This document shows, piece by piece, positions 47,408 to 57,535 of a stretch of DNA of 64,000 nt. The DNA lies in IMG/VR virus record IMGVR_UViG_3300037567_000704, positions 22,732 to 86,731 of that record, one strand, 5' to 3'. The position numbers and the translations under genes are program-made. Each line of letters starts with the position of its first letter. Within the stretch, counting starts at the first letter, position 1. The DNA comes from a virus. The notes beneath the pieces were generated by a model. The model was not told the DNA's origin. It was given only the letters and a program-made list of their open reading frames with translations, and ran no database searches.

Positions 47408-48892
47408 TTACGATATTAACCACGAATCCCCGTCTCCACTCCTAGGTTCGCCACTGAGCCATTCATCGAATCCCGGCATATAATCATCAAGCATAACTAC
47501 CGACCCTCTGAATTCCTTTGAGGCCCAATTTGCAAGAGCGAGACTCATCGCCAAATCATCATGAACACCAACGCTCTCTAACTTGCCGTTCTTCTGCATA
47601 CCAAAACGATTCAATTCAATTTCCAACTCGTGTGTATACTTCCTACTCTTCTCATTACCATACGGTAATTTGATTTGACCTTGCTCGAAAGCGAGCAAAA
47701 GACTCATGAAAAGAGACTCTTTCTTTGCACGAGTGGTCATGAATACTCTGATTGGCATATCTGCCCTCATTTCCCTCATCTCTTGTTCAAGCATGCGCTG
47801 GAAGTTATTACCCTCAAGTTCTATGAGTTCAGGAGAGAATCTGCTATTGAGTATCACCATCATCCTCTTCTGCGCCATTGAAGACATTCCACGCTCATGC
47901 ACAACGTGAACTATCTCTTTGAAATCCTCATTGGGTTTCTGTCGCATGACAGTCATAGCAGTGAAGTCAGCGTTCTTATCCGATGAAATTGCCGGGTCAT
48001 GCCCGATGAAATGCTGTCCGAACACACCATCTGCCTCCCCCTCTTCGTTGTAATTCGTCTCTGCTCTGTCAAGAAGAACGAGTTTGGTGTCTCTAGACGC
48101 TTCTAGTATGTCCATCGGGAACATACTAGCGACATCGTGAATCGGCTCACAGAGATACTCTCGACTGAACTGAATGGCTGGCATGCTCATTCTCCTCCGT
48201 TCTAAAGATTCCAAATCCCATCTACTGGGCCACAACGCCTCGCCTTCCGAGTTGATTGCTGGATAAGTGTCTACCACAAAGGTCTCTTTCTCCTCCAATT
48301 CTGCATACAGGTCATTGTAACTGAATGGCGTTCCTACCATCATTAGTTTACTACTGTGATGGAGAACCGGGAGAAGGACACCGTAGAACCAATCTGCTGC
48401 TCTCTGCAATTCGGTTCCCGTTGTGCCCCACAAGATATCGTCGCAAACAACAACATCAGGGTGGAATCCACGAGTGGCCCCTCCAACCGATTTAGCCATT
48501 ATTCGAGAGCCATTCGATAGTTCGAAGTATGACTTCGCCCATGGTCTGCCCTCTGGAATCAAAGGTCTCAAGATATTGTTGCCGTCTATGTTTTGCTTGA
48601 TGAAACGCATGTGCTCAAGAGTCTGTTCAAGGGAGTGAGAAAAAATCATGACATGTAATCCGGGATTAAAAGTGGCTAGCCACAAGGCATATGACATGAA
48701 GAAAACTGATTTACCATGGTCACGAGATGCCTTCACGCAGAAATACTGATGTTTGTCCAGACCTATCTTCCACTCGTCATGATGCCAGTTCATCTCGAAA
48801 CCCAGTATATCCATGAAGAAATACTCGAACGACTTCTTAGACATCTCGAAGTCCATCTGGTCAATGAATTCCTGCATGCTCTCATTAGTCAT
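47408..48892 (-). CDS. terL: Terminase large subunit
   Basis: Walker A ASRDHGKS, Walker B VVVCDD, coupling motif VGTP, RNase H-like IGHDPA..DFTA and HDDLAMSLALA. Confidence 0.95.
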   Translation of the reverse strand: MTNESMQEFIDQMDFEMSKKSFEYFFMDILGFEMNWHHDEWKIGLDKHQYFCVKASRDHGKSVFFMSYALWLATFNPGLHVMIFSHSLEQTLEHMRFIKQNIDGNNILRPLIPEGRPWAKSYFELSNGSRIMAKSVGGATRGFHPDVVVCDDILWGTTGTELQRAADWFYGVLLPVLHHSSKLMMVGTPFSYNDLYAELEEKETFVVDTYPAINSEGEALWPSRWDLESLERRRMSMPAIQFSREYLCEPIHDVASMFPMDILEASRDTKLVLLDRAETNYNEEGEADGVFGQHFIGHDPAISSDKNADFTAMTVMRQKPNEDFKEIVHVVHERGMSSMAQKRMMVILNSRFSPELIELEGNNFQRMLEQEMREMRADMPIRVFMTTRAKKESLFMSLLLAFEQGQIKLPYGNEKSRKYTHELEIELNRFGMQKNGKLESVGVHDDLAMSLALANWASKEFRGSVVMLDDYMPGFDEWLSGEPRSGDGDSWLIS

Positions 48893-49866
48893 CGTGCCGC
48901 CGCCTTCAGTAATCGGAATGCAATCTCCATAGGCTCACTCTTCGGCAATTGCACTCCGCCCGACAATATCTGCTCCAAATCCTCTTCTTCTGTTGGCAGA
49001 GGAGTTTCCTCCACCAACTGGGTATCTAAGACTGGAGTTTCAACATCAGCCATAGATTGGTCTCCCATAGATTGGTCATCCATATTCGGCATATCATAAT
49101 CCATATTATAATCTCGCACTTGCTCAGGTGCACTCGGCACATATCCACCCCCTTGGCTTGTAGCGCCAGTTGTAGTACCTGTAGTCGGAGACGATTGACT
49201 GACTGCGACTGGCGCGACTGGTGGTGGCGATATTGGTGCGCCCGAAGAAAGTGATGGGGTCGAAAGTGATGGAGATATTCTAGGAACAACGCTACCAGAA
49301 GAGGGGTTTATTGTGGTGGGGCTTCCGAATAAATCGGCGGTCTTCTTTCCAGTAGAGGGGTCATAGTGCCCCCCTCTGGTATCTGTAGCCCCTCCGGTAT
49401 TACCTAACTGAAAACCAGTAGGCACATTGAAACCTTGATTTCCCCATCTATTCCATTGACCTTGATTGGGCATACCTCCTCCTTGACCGGAAGGAGGACG
49501 AGCCGGAGCATATGCTGCTATCTGTTGTTTCCAACCACCCGGTCTGTGATATCCAATAGCCTGACCAACCCGGTCAGAAGGGTCAAGAGCATCTCCAGCC
49601 TTACCTGCTCCAGCCCCTGTCGCTGCACCATACGCCGCAGCAGAACCAGCCCCACTCACTATGTCTTGTTGATTCGCTCCGGCATCTGCAAGGCTGGTCA
49701 AGAACTGAAGAGCACCAAGACTGCCAGCAGCAAAGCCACCTAAACCAGTTTTCGGTTTTCCCATTAAATTCCCTAGCAATCCAGCGCTTAGACTTCCGCT
49801 ACCAGCGCCACTACCACCGCCACCGCCACCGCCACCGTTTGCTTTGACCAGAACCTTACCCATCAC
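48889..49866 (-). CDS. Gly/Ala-rich low-complexity protein, possible internal/ejection protein
   Basis: N-terminal VLVK then poly-Gly and hydrophobic Gly/Ala helices. C-terminal EPMEIAFRLLKA motif. Confidence 0.55.
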   Translation of the reverse strand: MMGKVLVKANGGGGGGGGSGAGSGSLSAGLLGNLMGKPKTGLGGFAAGSLGALQFLTSLADAGANQQDIVSGAGSAAAYGAATGAGAGKAGDALDPSDRVGQAIGYHRPGGWKQQIAAYAPARPPSGQGGGMPNQGQWNRWGNQGFNVPTGFQLGNTGGATDTRGGHYDPSTGKKTADLFGSPTTINPSSGSVVPRISPSLSTPSLSSGAPISPPPVAPVAVSQSSPTTGTTTGATSQGGGYVPSAPEQVRDYNMDYDMPNMDDQSMGDQSMADVETPVLDTQLVEETPLPTEEEDLEQILSGGVQLPKSEPMEIAFRLLKAAAR

Positions 49867-52040
49867 TGTCCCTCCAAAGATACCTTCACTGCTTTAACGA
49901 GAACAGGTTTTGTATTATACGCCTTCGCCACACGATTCCAATCCCCTTTGCTATGAGCGATTGCTCTAATGTCCTGCTTTTCAAGCCCCATCTTATCAGC
50001 CAAGAACGAATGACTATCTGTTGTGCCTGATGGGACTGTGGACACCCTCTTCAAGACTGCCACATCTTTCTTGGCATCTAACATCTGCAATCTCTCCATC
50101 GCTTTGATTAGCCTGTCTTCCACTGGTATCGTATCAAAACTGGCAGCCACTGGGTAATCTGGCAGAGTCTGTTGAGTAGTCTCCGACTTTTGCCTCTGGG
50201 CATTGATGAAACGCTGCGCTGCCATTTGTGGCGTGAACTCTTGCCCACTTTGCAATGCCTGAGTTTGAAGAGATGATTCATCAATAGCATGTTGAGGATT
50301 TTGTGTCTTGAAATGCTCGTATATCTGCGCTTGAGTCTCTGGGGAATAATTAGCGATGCGATTCCATATGTCAGAATCACCAGAGGGCGCTGGCGGAGCG
50401 AGTGGCGTCATCTCCTCATCAGAGTCAGGACCGGCCTGTGGTTGAGGGTGTTCCTGCCATTCTGGTATTAGTCTCTCAGCCAGATGCGGAGGTATAGGCA
50501 CTGGACCCATGTGTTGGTCCAACAGTCTGGGAAGAGTGACGTTGGAGTAGTCAGGAGCCTCTGTGGTTGCTCTTCTCGGTTGATGGCCATGAGCGTGAGA
50601 GATGGAATCAGCCACGATATTGAACAAACCGTCCTGCGCCTCTAAATCCGGGTGAGGCGGGAAGTGCTTAAGTGCGAACTCCTTCATTGATTCGGGTTCC
50701 ACATGGTGCGCTAGACCGAACAGTTTCTTTCCCATTTCATGACTGTTCCTGTCTTGAGCGCCGGGAGTCTTACCAGCAGTTATCCCCATCATGGTATTAT
50801 CGAGAGCCTTGGCTTCCTCAGGTGAGAGTTGTGAGAGCAACTGACTGTGCATCTCATCGAGGATGTGATTGGCCGCTCCCGCTTGGTCTGCATTCCCAAG
50901 CAGGAAAGCAAGAGCAGCGGGACTCTTCATCATCTGACCTGCCAATATTTTAATGCCAGTCTCATCTTGTAATGCCTGTCTCAGAGACATCTGCCCACCC
51001 TCTACATTTATTATCGGGGTGTCCAACAGTTCAGGAGGGGTTTTAGCAAGCATATTGGGAGCGAATTTAGCGAGTGCCTTTTCGTATATCACAGGACTGA
51101 ACGGCCTCCCTCCAGCCCTCTTACCCTCGAACTCCTTGAAAATCTGCTGCGCGTCAGGATGAGCGAGAATCGCTGGTAGGGCATGATACATCTCCCAACT
51201 ATGCACAGCCTCTTGGAAGGGTTGGACTTGGTTATCAGTAACACCAAGCGCATCAGCGATATGAGGAGGAAGCAAACCCTGAGGTGTGAGCGCCTCACCG
51301 AACTTACTCTTCAATCTCTTTGCTACTGGTATACCATTTTGGTCCCAACTGAGGTCTTCGCCAGATATGTAACCATGTGTGATTCCCTCTTCGTATGCCC
51401 CCTCAGGGAAGTCTATGCCGTATTTCTCTGCCAGCATTTGTTTGAGGATTGGGGCGAAACCTAGCCTGTATGACTCAGGATGATGAGCCAGTTTGAACTT
51501 GGCCTTGGACGCTTCCGGGTCAGAACTCATATTCAGTGTAGCGAAAGTGCCTCCTTTTCCGTTGTAGGGATAACTGAGAGCATCTTCTTCACTGTAAGAA
51601 GGACTGTAACCATGAGCCACTAACTTCCTCCAAGCGGCATCCTCTAGGCTGGGTATCTTCATAGCGTCGTTGGTGTGATTCTTATTGACGTGGTCAATGA
51701 CCTCTTGAATGAAATCATAAGGGTCAGGAACGCCTAACTCACCGAGTTTGTGTATCAACCCGTCAATGCCGTGCCTGTGAGTATGTCCGTATTCATCCTG
51801 CCAGACCATCTCCCCATGCTCGCCCTTCATCCACTGTCCACTTGGTGTCCGGTCTCCGAGATGAGCGTGTAGAGGCAAGTCAATCCCATAATGCAACGGG
51901 TTCTTCTCGTCGTCGTGGAATATCCCTTCGTGAGGCATCCCGATGTAGACTGGTTCACCAGTCTCCGGGTCCACTCGAAAGATTCCCTCTCCTTTTCTAA
52001 GCAACAGAGGAGAATTGAGAAGTGAAGATATCACGCTCAT
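49863..52040 (-). CDS. Hypothetical 725-aa protein (possible internal virion protein)
   Basis: Long coupled ORF. N-terminal PLLLRKG and an HTH-like C-terminus. Confidence 0.6.
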   Translation of the reverse strand: MSVISSLLNSPLLLRKGEGIFRVDPETGEPVYIGMPHEGIFHDDEKNPLHYGIDLPLHAHLGDRTPSGQWMKGEHGEMVWQDEYGHTHRHGIDGLIHKLGELGVPDPYDFIQEVIDHVNKNHTNDAMKIPSLEDAAWRKLVAHGYSPSYSEEDALSYPYNGKGGTFATLNMSSDPEASKAKFKLAHHPESYRLGFAPILKQMLAEKYGIDFPEGAYEEGITHGYISGEDLSWDQNGIPVAKRLKSKFGEALTPQGLLPPHIADALGVTDNQVQPFQEAVHSWEMYHALPAILAHPDAQQIFKEFEGKRAGGRPFSPVIYEKALAKFAPNMLAKTPPELLDTPIINVEGGQMSLRQALQDETGIKILAGQMMKSPAALAFLLGNADQAGAANHILDEMHSQLLSQLSPEEAKALDNTMMGITAGKTPGAQDRNSHEMGKKLFGLAHHVEPESMKEFALKHFPPHPDLEAQDGLFNIVADSISHAHGHQPRRATTEAPDYSNVTLPRLLDQHMGPVPIPPHLAERLIPEWQEHPQPQAGPDSDEEMTPLAPPAPSGDSDIWNRIANYSPETQAQIYEHFKTQNPQHAIDESSLQTQALQSGQEFTPQMAAQRFINAQRQKSETTQQTLPDYPVAASFDTIPVEDRLIKAMERLQMLDAKKDVAVLKRVSTVPSGTTDSHSFLADKMGLEKQDIRAIAHSKGDWNRVAKAYNTKPVLVKAVKVSLEGQ

Positions 52041-53512
52041 GCTGTTCTTCCACTCCTGCTGGTGTATATACCAACAGGGTCTGTCCCGAAATATCTGGGC
52101 TCGTTAGTAGGGTCTGATGTCCCGCCTTCGTTCCTATTGGTCTGTTTCGGCCCGTTAGCCGGATGATTGGGATGATGGGCATCTTTGCCTCCCTTGTCCC
52201 CCTTACCTTTCTTCTTGCTCTCCTTTTCCTCAAGCAGCCTCTTGACTTTATGCATCAACAATCTGATTTCCTGCTGTTCTCCCCAGTTATGCTTCTTCTG
52301 CAAATCACTTCCTGCAAAGATGTCGAAGGATGTAGCCATGCTTTGAGAAGACATGCTTCCTGAGAATGGATTAGAAGAACCGCCCATATTGAGACGAGGC
52401 CTTCCACTGATTGTAGGCGGAACTATTGGTGGAGGACGATGAGGCTTCAACTTAGGCTTCGGCATTCCCTTTGTTCCCATTGCTCCCATTGCTCCCGCTC
52501 CCGTTGCTCCCGCTCCCGTTGCTCCCAAGTTTCTCTCTGAAGGTAGCAATGATTGCAATCTACCACCGCCAGTTGCACCTGCGAAATATTTTCTTGGATT
52601 GCTCTTTGAAGGGCTGGCGGCAGTCACTCTGACGTTACCTTGCCTCTTTATCGCGTCCTGCTGTCCTAGATACTCTCGATAAGCAGCAGGGTCTTTCGAC
52701 TTAGGCTGCTTAACAGCAACTCCCCTGTGTTCCATCTCCACAGAAAGCGGGGCATTCATCATACCAGTCTTAGTGCCTCTACGAACTCCTCTCCTCTTGG
52801 CTTTGTAAGACCTCATAGTAGCACCAATACCACCCATCATTCCACCGGGAGGCTTCTTGAAAGTCCCAGTGCTTGGTCTCCATTTCTTACCTTCCTCTTT
52901 AGAACGACCTCGCTCTGTTTCTTTGGTTTCCTTGCCACGCAAGTCCAAAGGTCTCATCATCGAGATATCTGGATTATCCTCTGCTGAGAAAGACTTGAGC
53001 AACTGGAATGGTATCTCAATCAGTTCACTCATCTGAACTGGATGTCCATAGGCGAAACCCGGACCTCTCGCTTGAGTAGCAAGGCTGGTCAAAGCGCCGA
53101 GATTACCAGCAGGCCCAGTCTGGGCGTGTAATTCTCTATCTATGTCAAACTTGTCGGGCTCATTCTCCTCGTCATATTGCTCATCGGAACGCCACGGTTC
53201 ATCTTCATCATCATCTTCATCATCTGAGAGACCTGCTAACATGTCGAGCGTTATTTTGAAATGTTTACGCTCCCTCACTCTCTCATCTTGCTTATCTTGG
53301 TCATTCTGCCTCTTTTCCTTCTCAGCATCAGCATATCTTGGGTCAGACGGACTACGACCAGAATCAGGTGTTTCTGATTCATACCTGTCTTCTCCGTCAT
53401 TAGTACGGAACATAGAGGAAGATTCACTTCTCGGAGCATACATCCGAGTATCACTACCTCTTCCCATCATCCCTCCAGTCTTAATCAAGACAAAACCACG
53501 ACGAACTTTCAT
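52037..53512 (-). CDS. Disordered protein with acidic N-half and basic C-half
   Basis: D/E-rich then K/R/G-rich halves separated by ELIEIPFQLLKS. Confidence 0.6.
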   Translation of the reverse strand: MKVRRGFVLIKTGGMMGRGSDTRMYAPRSESSSMFRTNDGEDRYESETPDSGRSPSDPRYADAEKEKRQNDQDKQDERVRERKHFKITLDMLAGLSDDEDDDEDEPWRSDEQYDEENEPDKFDIDRELHAQTGPAGNLGALTSLATQARGPGFAYGHPVQMSELIEIPFQLLKSFSAEDNPDISMMRPLDLRGKETKETERGRSKEEGKKWRPSTGTFKKPPGGMMGGIGATMRSYKAKRRGVRRGTKTGMMNAPLSVEMEHRGVAVKQPKSKDPAAYREYLGQQDAIKRQGNVRVTAASPSKSNPRKYFAGATGGGRLQSLLPSERNLGATGAGATGAGAMGAMGTKGMPKPKLKPHRPPPIVPPTISGRPRLNMGGSSNPFSGSMSSQSMATSFDIFAGSDLQKKHNWGEQQEIRLLMHKVKRLLEEKESKKKGKGDKGGKDAHHPNHPANGPKQTNRNEGGTSDPTNEPRYFGTDPVGIYTSRSGRTA

Positions 53513-53940
53513 TCCATAACCTCCACTACTGGCCCCATAACCTCATAAGCAGATTCTTTGACCATTTCGGCCAGTTCTGCATAGAAGCCCTTAACAAAAG
53601 GAGGGCTTGTAAAACACTTACCCATACTCTTACACTCTTCCTCGAAATGAGGTAGAAGTGACTTGAGTTTCTCACGAACGGGAATCACTACAGCAGGCTC
53701 ATCTTCCTCGGTCAATGTCTTCAGAGCCTCCATTATCTCTATGAGATAATTACCATATTCCATGTTACCATGGGATTCTTCATTGATGTAATATTTGAAA
53801 CGCTGATAGATTAGAGAGACATAATCCAGAAAAGTAGGAAGTTGTTTGGGTGTTATCTTTGACTGCTGTTTCAAGAGGCGATATCCGGGATGCCCCATTT
53901 GCAGCAAATCACTGATAACTATCTGATTCAAAATACTCAC
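53509..53940 (-). CDS. Hypothetical helical protein (start re-called to GTG 53940)
   Basis: GTGA overlap with the upstream stop codon. Confidence 0.55.
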   Translation of the reverse strand: MSILNQIVISDLLQMGHPGYRLLKQQSKITPKQLPTFLDYVSLIYQRFKYYINEESHGNMEYGNYLIEIMEALKTLTEEDEPAVVIPVREKLKSLLPHFEEECKSMGKCFTSPPFVKGFYAELAEMVKESAYEVMGPVVEVME

Positions 53941-54611
53941 TCCACCTGTTCCAATAACTGACTCTTGATTCTCTTCCAACTATCAGGACTCTCCTTGGCT
54001 AATTCGACCTTGAGGATATTTATCGTCTGATTGATTTGAGTCCCTTCGGTCTCTGGACCCCACTTCTCATCCAATTTCACCAAATCCTTGATTGTCTCTC
54101 TCACCTCTTTGTGAAGAGAGACCGCATCTTTGACAAAACCGTCCTCATGGACACTACCATCCTCAAGTAACTCATTGAGTTTGTCGTTGAGTCTTTCAGC
54201 GTTGGAACGAAGGGCGTTCATCTCTTGACCAAGCGCTAGAGAGACCTCTATCGCCGCCGCCTTTCTTACAAGCGGTTGAAAATGGTGTTTCATGTGATGA
54301 TATACTGAAGATTCAGCACATTCCAATAACTCCGCTAACTCCTCGCTGGGAAGGCTTCCTTCAAAGTAAGCGGTCTCTAAATCACCGCGTTGCTCATGCG
54401 TGCAAATAAGACAAGAGGGATTCGCCGCCATGTGATAGTCCCCCATGTGATTCCTGTAATGACGGTCTGATGTGTTGGCCCTCCAACTCATCTCCTTATC
54501 TAGTTCCTTATGCGATATTTCACCACTCAATAAGGCCCCTTCCAAGGCCTCTCTCGTATCACTTTGACAAAAGGCGCAAGACCTCTTGACCACTTGCTCT
54601 CGCTCGGCCAC
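53937..54611 (-). CDS. Putative terminase small subunit with tandem Zn-finger/HTH domains
   Basis: Two repeats of CxxC...HTH...HxxxH (CAFC..HYRNH and CLIC..HMKHH), then a coiled coil and an INQTINIL tail. Upstream of terL. Confidence 0.5.
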   Translation of the reverse strand: MAEREQVVKRSCAFCQSDTREALEGALLSGEISHKELDKEMSWRANTSDRHYRNHMGDYHMAANPSCLICTHEQRGDLETAYFEGSLPSEELAELLECAESSVYHHMKHHFQPLVRKAAAIEVSLALGQEMNALRSNAERLNDKLNELLEDGSVHEDGFVKDAVSLHKEVRETIKDLVKLDEKWGPETEGTQINQTINILKVELAKESPDSWKRIKSQLLEQVE

Positions 54612-54660
54612 ACAAAGTCGGAGTTACAGATACCACATGAACGTTGTTGCATTATATGAT

Positions 54661-54924
54661 TTACATCCGATTTATCCGAGTGTAAATCCCGCCTAACAAC
54701 ATGATGGAGGCAAAGATGCCCATCATTATGAAAGAGGCATCCATCTGGTTAATCTCATTACCTTTGAGAGCGAGTATGAGCATAGAGCAGAGAATGGCGC
54801 TAATAAGTTGTATCATTACCATATCAATGATGACGCTGTGCTTAGGAGCCATCAGATTAAGAGACATACCTGCAAACTGCTTCGAACCGGGCATATTACC
54901 TCGCATACCCCCTCCACTAATCAT
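54661..54924 (-). CDS. Small membrane protein with two TM helices (start re-called to 54924)
   Basis: Hydrophobic segments VIIDMVMIQLISAILCSMLILAL and ASFIMMGIFASIMLLGGIY. GAGAGGT SD before ATG 54924. Confidence 0.65.
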   Translation of the reverse strand: MISGGGMRGNMPGSKQFAGMSLNLMAPKHSVIIDMVMIQLISAILCSMLILALKGNEINQMDASFIMMGIFASIMLLGGIYTRINRM

Positions 54925-54925
54925 C

Positions 54926-55567
54926 TCAACCTCTCCCGAATATTGACCTATTGATGAAACCGCCAGCCGCCTGTCCGACACCCTCTAACATTCCGGGGTC
55001 AGCAAGTGCACTGCTCAATGCTCCCTGTAACAAAGATTGGTCTGCCAACTGCAAAATCTGCTGTCTTTCTCCTTCCGCTTTTTGTATTATCTGCATGGAA
55101 GTATTCTGCAGAGAATTGAGTTGGGCGATGATATTCTCAGCACTCAATGTTTGTAGGTCACTAGGCATACTAGTAACATCCAAAGCCATAGTTCCCTCTT
55201 CATCCAAAGTGAATGTGCAATTCTTGAGAACATTGAGTATGGAGTAAGTAGTGAGATTGGAAAGCATCTCTATGAACACCGGCATATTCTGACTTATGAT
55301 GAATCTGTCAATAGGCTGAAGAGTGCCAAGCATGGCAGCGAGAACTTGAGTATCTGAAGGAGGCGCTATCGGCTGTTGATACTGTTGATACTGTTGAGCC
55401 GAAATTCCCGCTCCACCTAGAATACCAGCAGTGAAAGGAGAGGCCCCACCATAAGCGGTGTTATACTGAGCCCCATAATCACTTGATTCTGGTTGTGATT
55501 GCGGTGTTAATCCCAAACTGAGAGTGCTAGTCGGTGAGGCATTCATATTCGAAAGACCAAGCGTCAT
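54926..55567 (-). CDS. Gln-rich helical protein of the GTPase operon
   Basis: 213 aa with a low-complexity N-terminus, helical core and amphipathic Gly-rich C-terminus. ATGA-coupled. Confidence 0.6.
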   Translation of the reverse strand: MTLGLSNMNASPTSTLSLGLTPQSQPESSDYGAQYNTAYGGASPFTAGILGGAGISAQQYQQYQQPIAPPSDTQVLAAMLGTLQPIDRFIISQNMPVFIEMLSNLTTYSILNVLKNCTFTLDEEGTMALDVTSMPSDLQTLSAENIIAQLNSLQNTSMQIIQKAEGERQQILQLADQSLLQGALSSALADPGMLEGVGQAAGGFINRSIFGRG

Positions 55568-56592
55568 TGTGCTACCTCTTGATTTGTAACTACCGTTTGT
55601 GCTGCTTGAGCCACCACTGGAGGCGGTTGTATTACCGGAGCAGGGGCGAGTGTTTGAGTCTGTTGGTTGAGAACACTATTGAATGCTGCTTGAGCAGCCG
55701 CTTGGTATTCTTCCGCTTCTCTTTGAAACATCCTCATGTCAAATTGTATCATAGTTATATCGTTCATACCACTCTCCGGATTTGGTATGTGCCAAACATT
55801 GATGCCTTTGGTTTTATTGGAATCCTTCTCTATCTCTTGAAAGAATGGTTCGTATTTCTGAACCAATTCGGGCACTGAGACTGTATCATCAGTGCCCTGA
55901 ATAGCCGCTACAGGCACTGTGACTATACTGACTCCCTGTTTTATCTTGTCTCGGAACCTACTCGGTTTCATTTCATCTTCTTTATCTTGCTCATCCTCCC
56001 ATTTGCAGAGAAGATGATAGAGATGAAGATGTTCAGGACAATAAGTTCCTCGCATTAACCTACCACTTGTGACTCCTGTTCTCGCAAGGAATGCTTCGGT
56101 CTCACCAGAAATCGGATTCTGCCAATACATCTCCCAAAGGCTTCTACCCGACTCTTCATCTGTTATTCTCGCATAGAGATTGTCGTATTCTATGAGTTTC
56201 TTACAATCACACCCATCAACAACGCAAACCGCACTATCCTTGTTGTATCTGTAATTACTCCAAGCCCATCTACGAGGGTCGAGTAGAGAACGCTTCGTGG
56301 GTCTCAACAACTTGTATGCCTGCTTGATGTCATGCTTACGAGCCTTTCTTGGGTCTGCATGACGACTCGGATAGAAATTGACTTTAGGAACCTCCAAATT
56401 CTGTTGAACTGCATAACTCTGCATATACTGTTGAGCGGTGGCTTGTTCCATTATAGCCGCTTGATTGAATTGAGGATTACCTTGTTGAGCAAGACTCATC
56501 ACAGCGGCTTCACTCAGATTACTCAACGATTGTGATGGTAAGGGCGTTCTGGTTATTGTGCGATACATATTATCTGGGATGTCCAATACCAT
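55564..56592 (-). CDS. Cys/His-containing protein of the GTPase operon (start re-called to 56592)
   Basis: GGAGGA SD before ATG 56592. CVVDGCDC and YCPEHLH are possible Zn ligands. Q/A/P-rich termini. Confidence 0.6.
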   Translation of the reverse strand: MVLDIPDNMYRTITRTPLPSQSLSNLSEAAVMSLAQQGNPQFNQAAIMEQATAQQYMQSYAVQQNLEVPKVNFYPSRHADPRKARKHDIKQAYKLLRPTKRSLLDPRRWAWSNYRYNKDSAVCVVDGCDCKKLIEYDNLYARITDEESGRSLWEMYWQNPISGETEAFLARTGVTSGRLMRGTYCPEHLHLYHLLCKWEDEQDKEDEMKPSRFRDKIKQGVSIVTVPVAAIQGTDDTVSVPELVQKYEPFFQEIEKDSNKTKGINVWHIPNPESGMNDITMIQFDMRMFQREAEEYQAAAQAAFNSVLNQQTQTLAPAPVIQPPPVVAQAAQTVVTNQEVAQ

Positions 56593-56594
56593 GT

Positions 56595-56783
56595 TTAGTC
56601 CTCCAAAGGCGCAGGCGCTACGTGAATAGTCATTTTGCCATTTTGGGCCGATAAACTCCACTCCAATTTATTCCCAGCAGTCAATCCAAATTGATGGACA
56701 ATCCACATGGGAACTGTGGTTCTCAACGAATTACTACCCCCTCCAGTGGGAACCAAAGCAGTAGTCGTCTTACCTCTTGTCAT
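56595..56783 (-). CDS. AbrB/MazE/SpoVT-family swapped-hairpin DNA-binding protein
   Basis: SNSLRTTVPMWIVHQFGLTAGNKLEW fits the AbrB consensus. Likely ATG at 56783 after GAGGGGTG. Confidence 0.75.
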   Translation of the reverse strand: MTRGKTTTALVPTGGGSNSLRTTVPMWIVHQFGLTAGNKLEWSLSAQNGKMTIHVAPAPLED

Positions 56784-56818
56784 GTATGCCCGACACCCCT
56801 CTACATCAAAAAGGTCAC

Positions 56819-57532
56819 TCAAGTGGTCAATAATTCAATCATGGTTGATTCTACGTTCCAACCTATCCTTGTGGCCATGAAAGCACGTTTTGTGGGTAGT
56901 CTCGCCTTCTGAAGACGGATTAAGTCATCTCGGAAAGGGTCGAATAACTTGTGTTCGCCTATTCTTCCCTGCTGCCATAGTTCTGCAGCATTCTTATCAA
57001 AAAACCTATCAGCCTTGTTAGCAACTAACATCAGTAATCGAGGACTGTATTTCTTACCCCTCCATCTACTTTTGAGAGTTCTGTATCTATACCGCCGCTC
57101 TATGAGACTATCCACAAGATACTTGAAACCGGCAATTTGTTCCAATCCATCACCGCCGCCCTTGAAAGCGCGGTCATCGAACATGTAAACTATCACTTCA
57201 CACTGTCTAGCAACCATATCGTCAATCCAAAGATTCCAGAACCTCTCCTGTCCCCCAATATCAGCAGAATACACAACTCTCTTCTCTCCCTCCCAAGCGA
57301 TTCTCTTTCTCGTCGGTTTGGGAAGTAAATATCTACTCAGTATTTTATAATGTTCTGTCCTCTCGTCTTCTGGTATCTCTCCCATCTCACCGGGAGTAGT
57401 CATATATCTGTCAAGTGTGGTCTTACCAACCATTGTGCCACCATAGATTCCTACCCTCCTTGGTCTCCAAGAATGATAGACATTCTTGCCATACAGGGCT
57501 ACGCCTATCAGGACGCTACCCATTCCGACCAT
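56819..57532 (-). CDS. Small Ras-superfamily (Arf/Rab-like) GTPase with hydrophobic N-terminus
   Basis: G1 GGTMVGKT, probable G2 Thr in ERT, G3 DIGGQERF, G4 ANKAD, G5-like MAT. 237 aa. Confidence 0.85.
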   Translation of the reverse strand: MVGMGSVLIGVALYGKNVYHSWRPRRVGIYGGTMVGKTTLDRYMTTPGEMGEIPEDERTEHYKILSRYLLPKPTRKRIAWEGEKRVVYSADIGGQERFWNLWIDDMVARQCEVIVYMFDDRAFKGGGDGLEQIAGFKYLVDSLIERRYRYRTLKSRWRGKKYSPRLLMLVANKADRFFDKNAAELWQQGRIGEHKLFDPFRDDLIRLQKARLPTKRAFMATRIGWNVESTMIELLTT

Positions 57533-57535
57533 GAA

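Noticed and set aside
47408-48892. Intein or intron in terL, given the adjacent LAGLIDADG gene
   Set aside because: TerL is normal length with contiguous motifs, and the LAGLIDADG ORF lies outside it without splice-junction motifs.
57490-57532. Arf-type N-myristoylation signal (MGSVL from the second Met) on the GTPase
   Set aside because: N-myristoyltransferase is not known in archaea and the start codon is uncertain; a hydrophobic anchor is the simpler reading.
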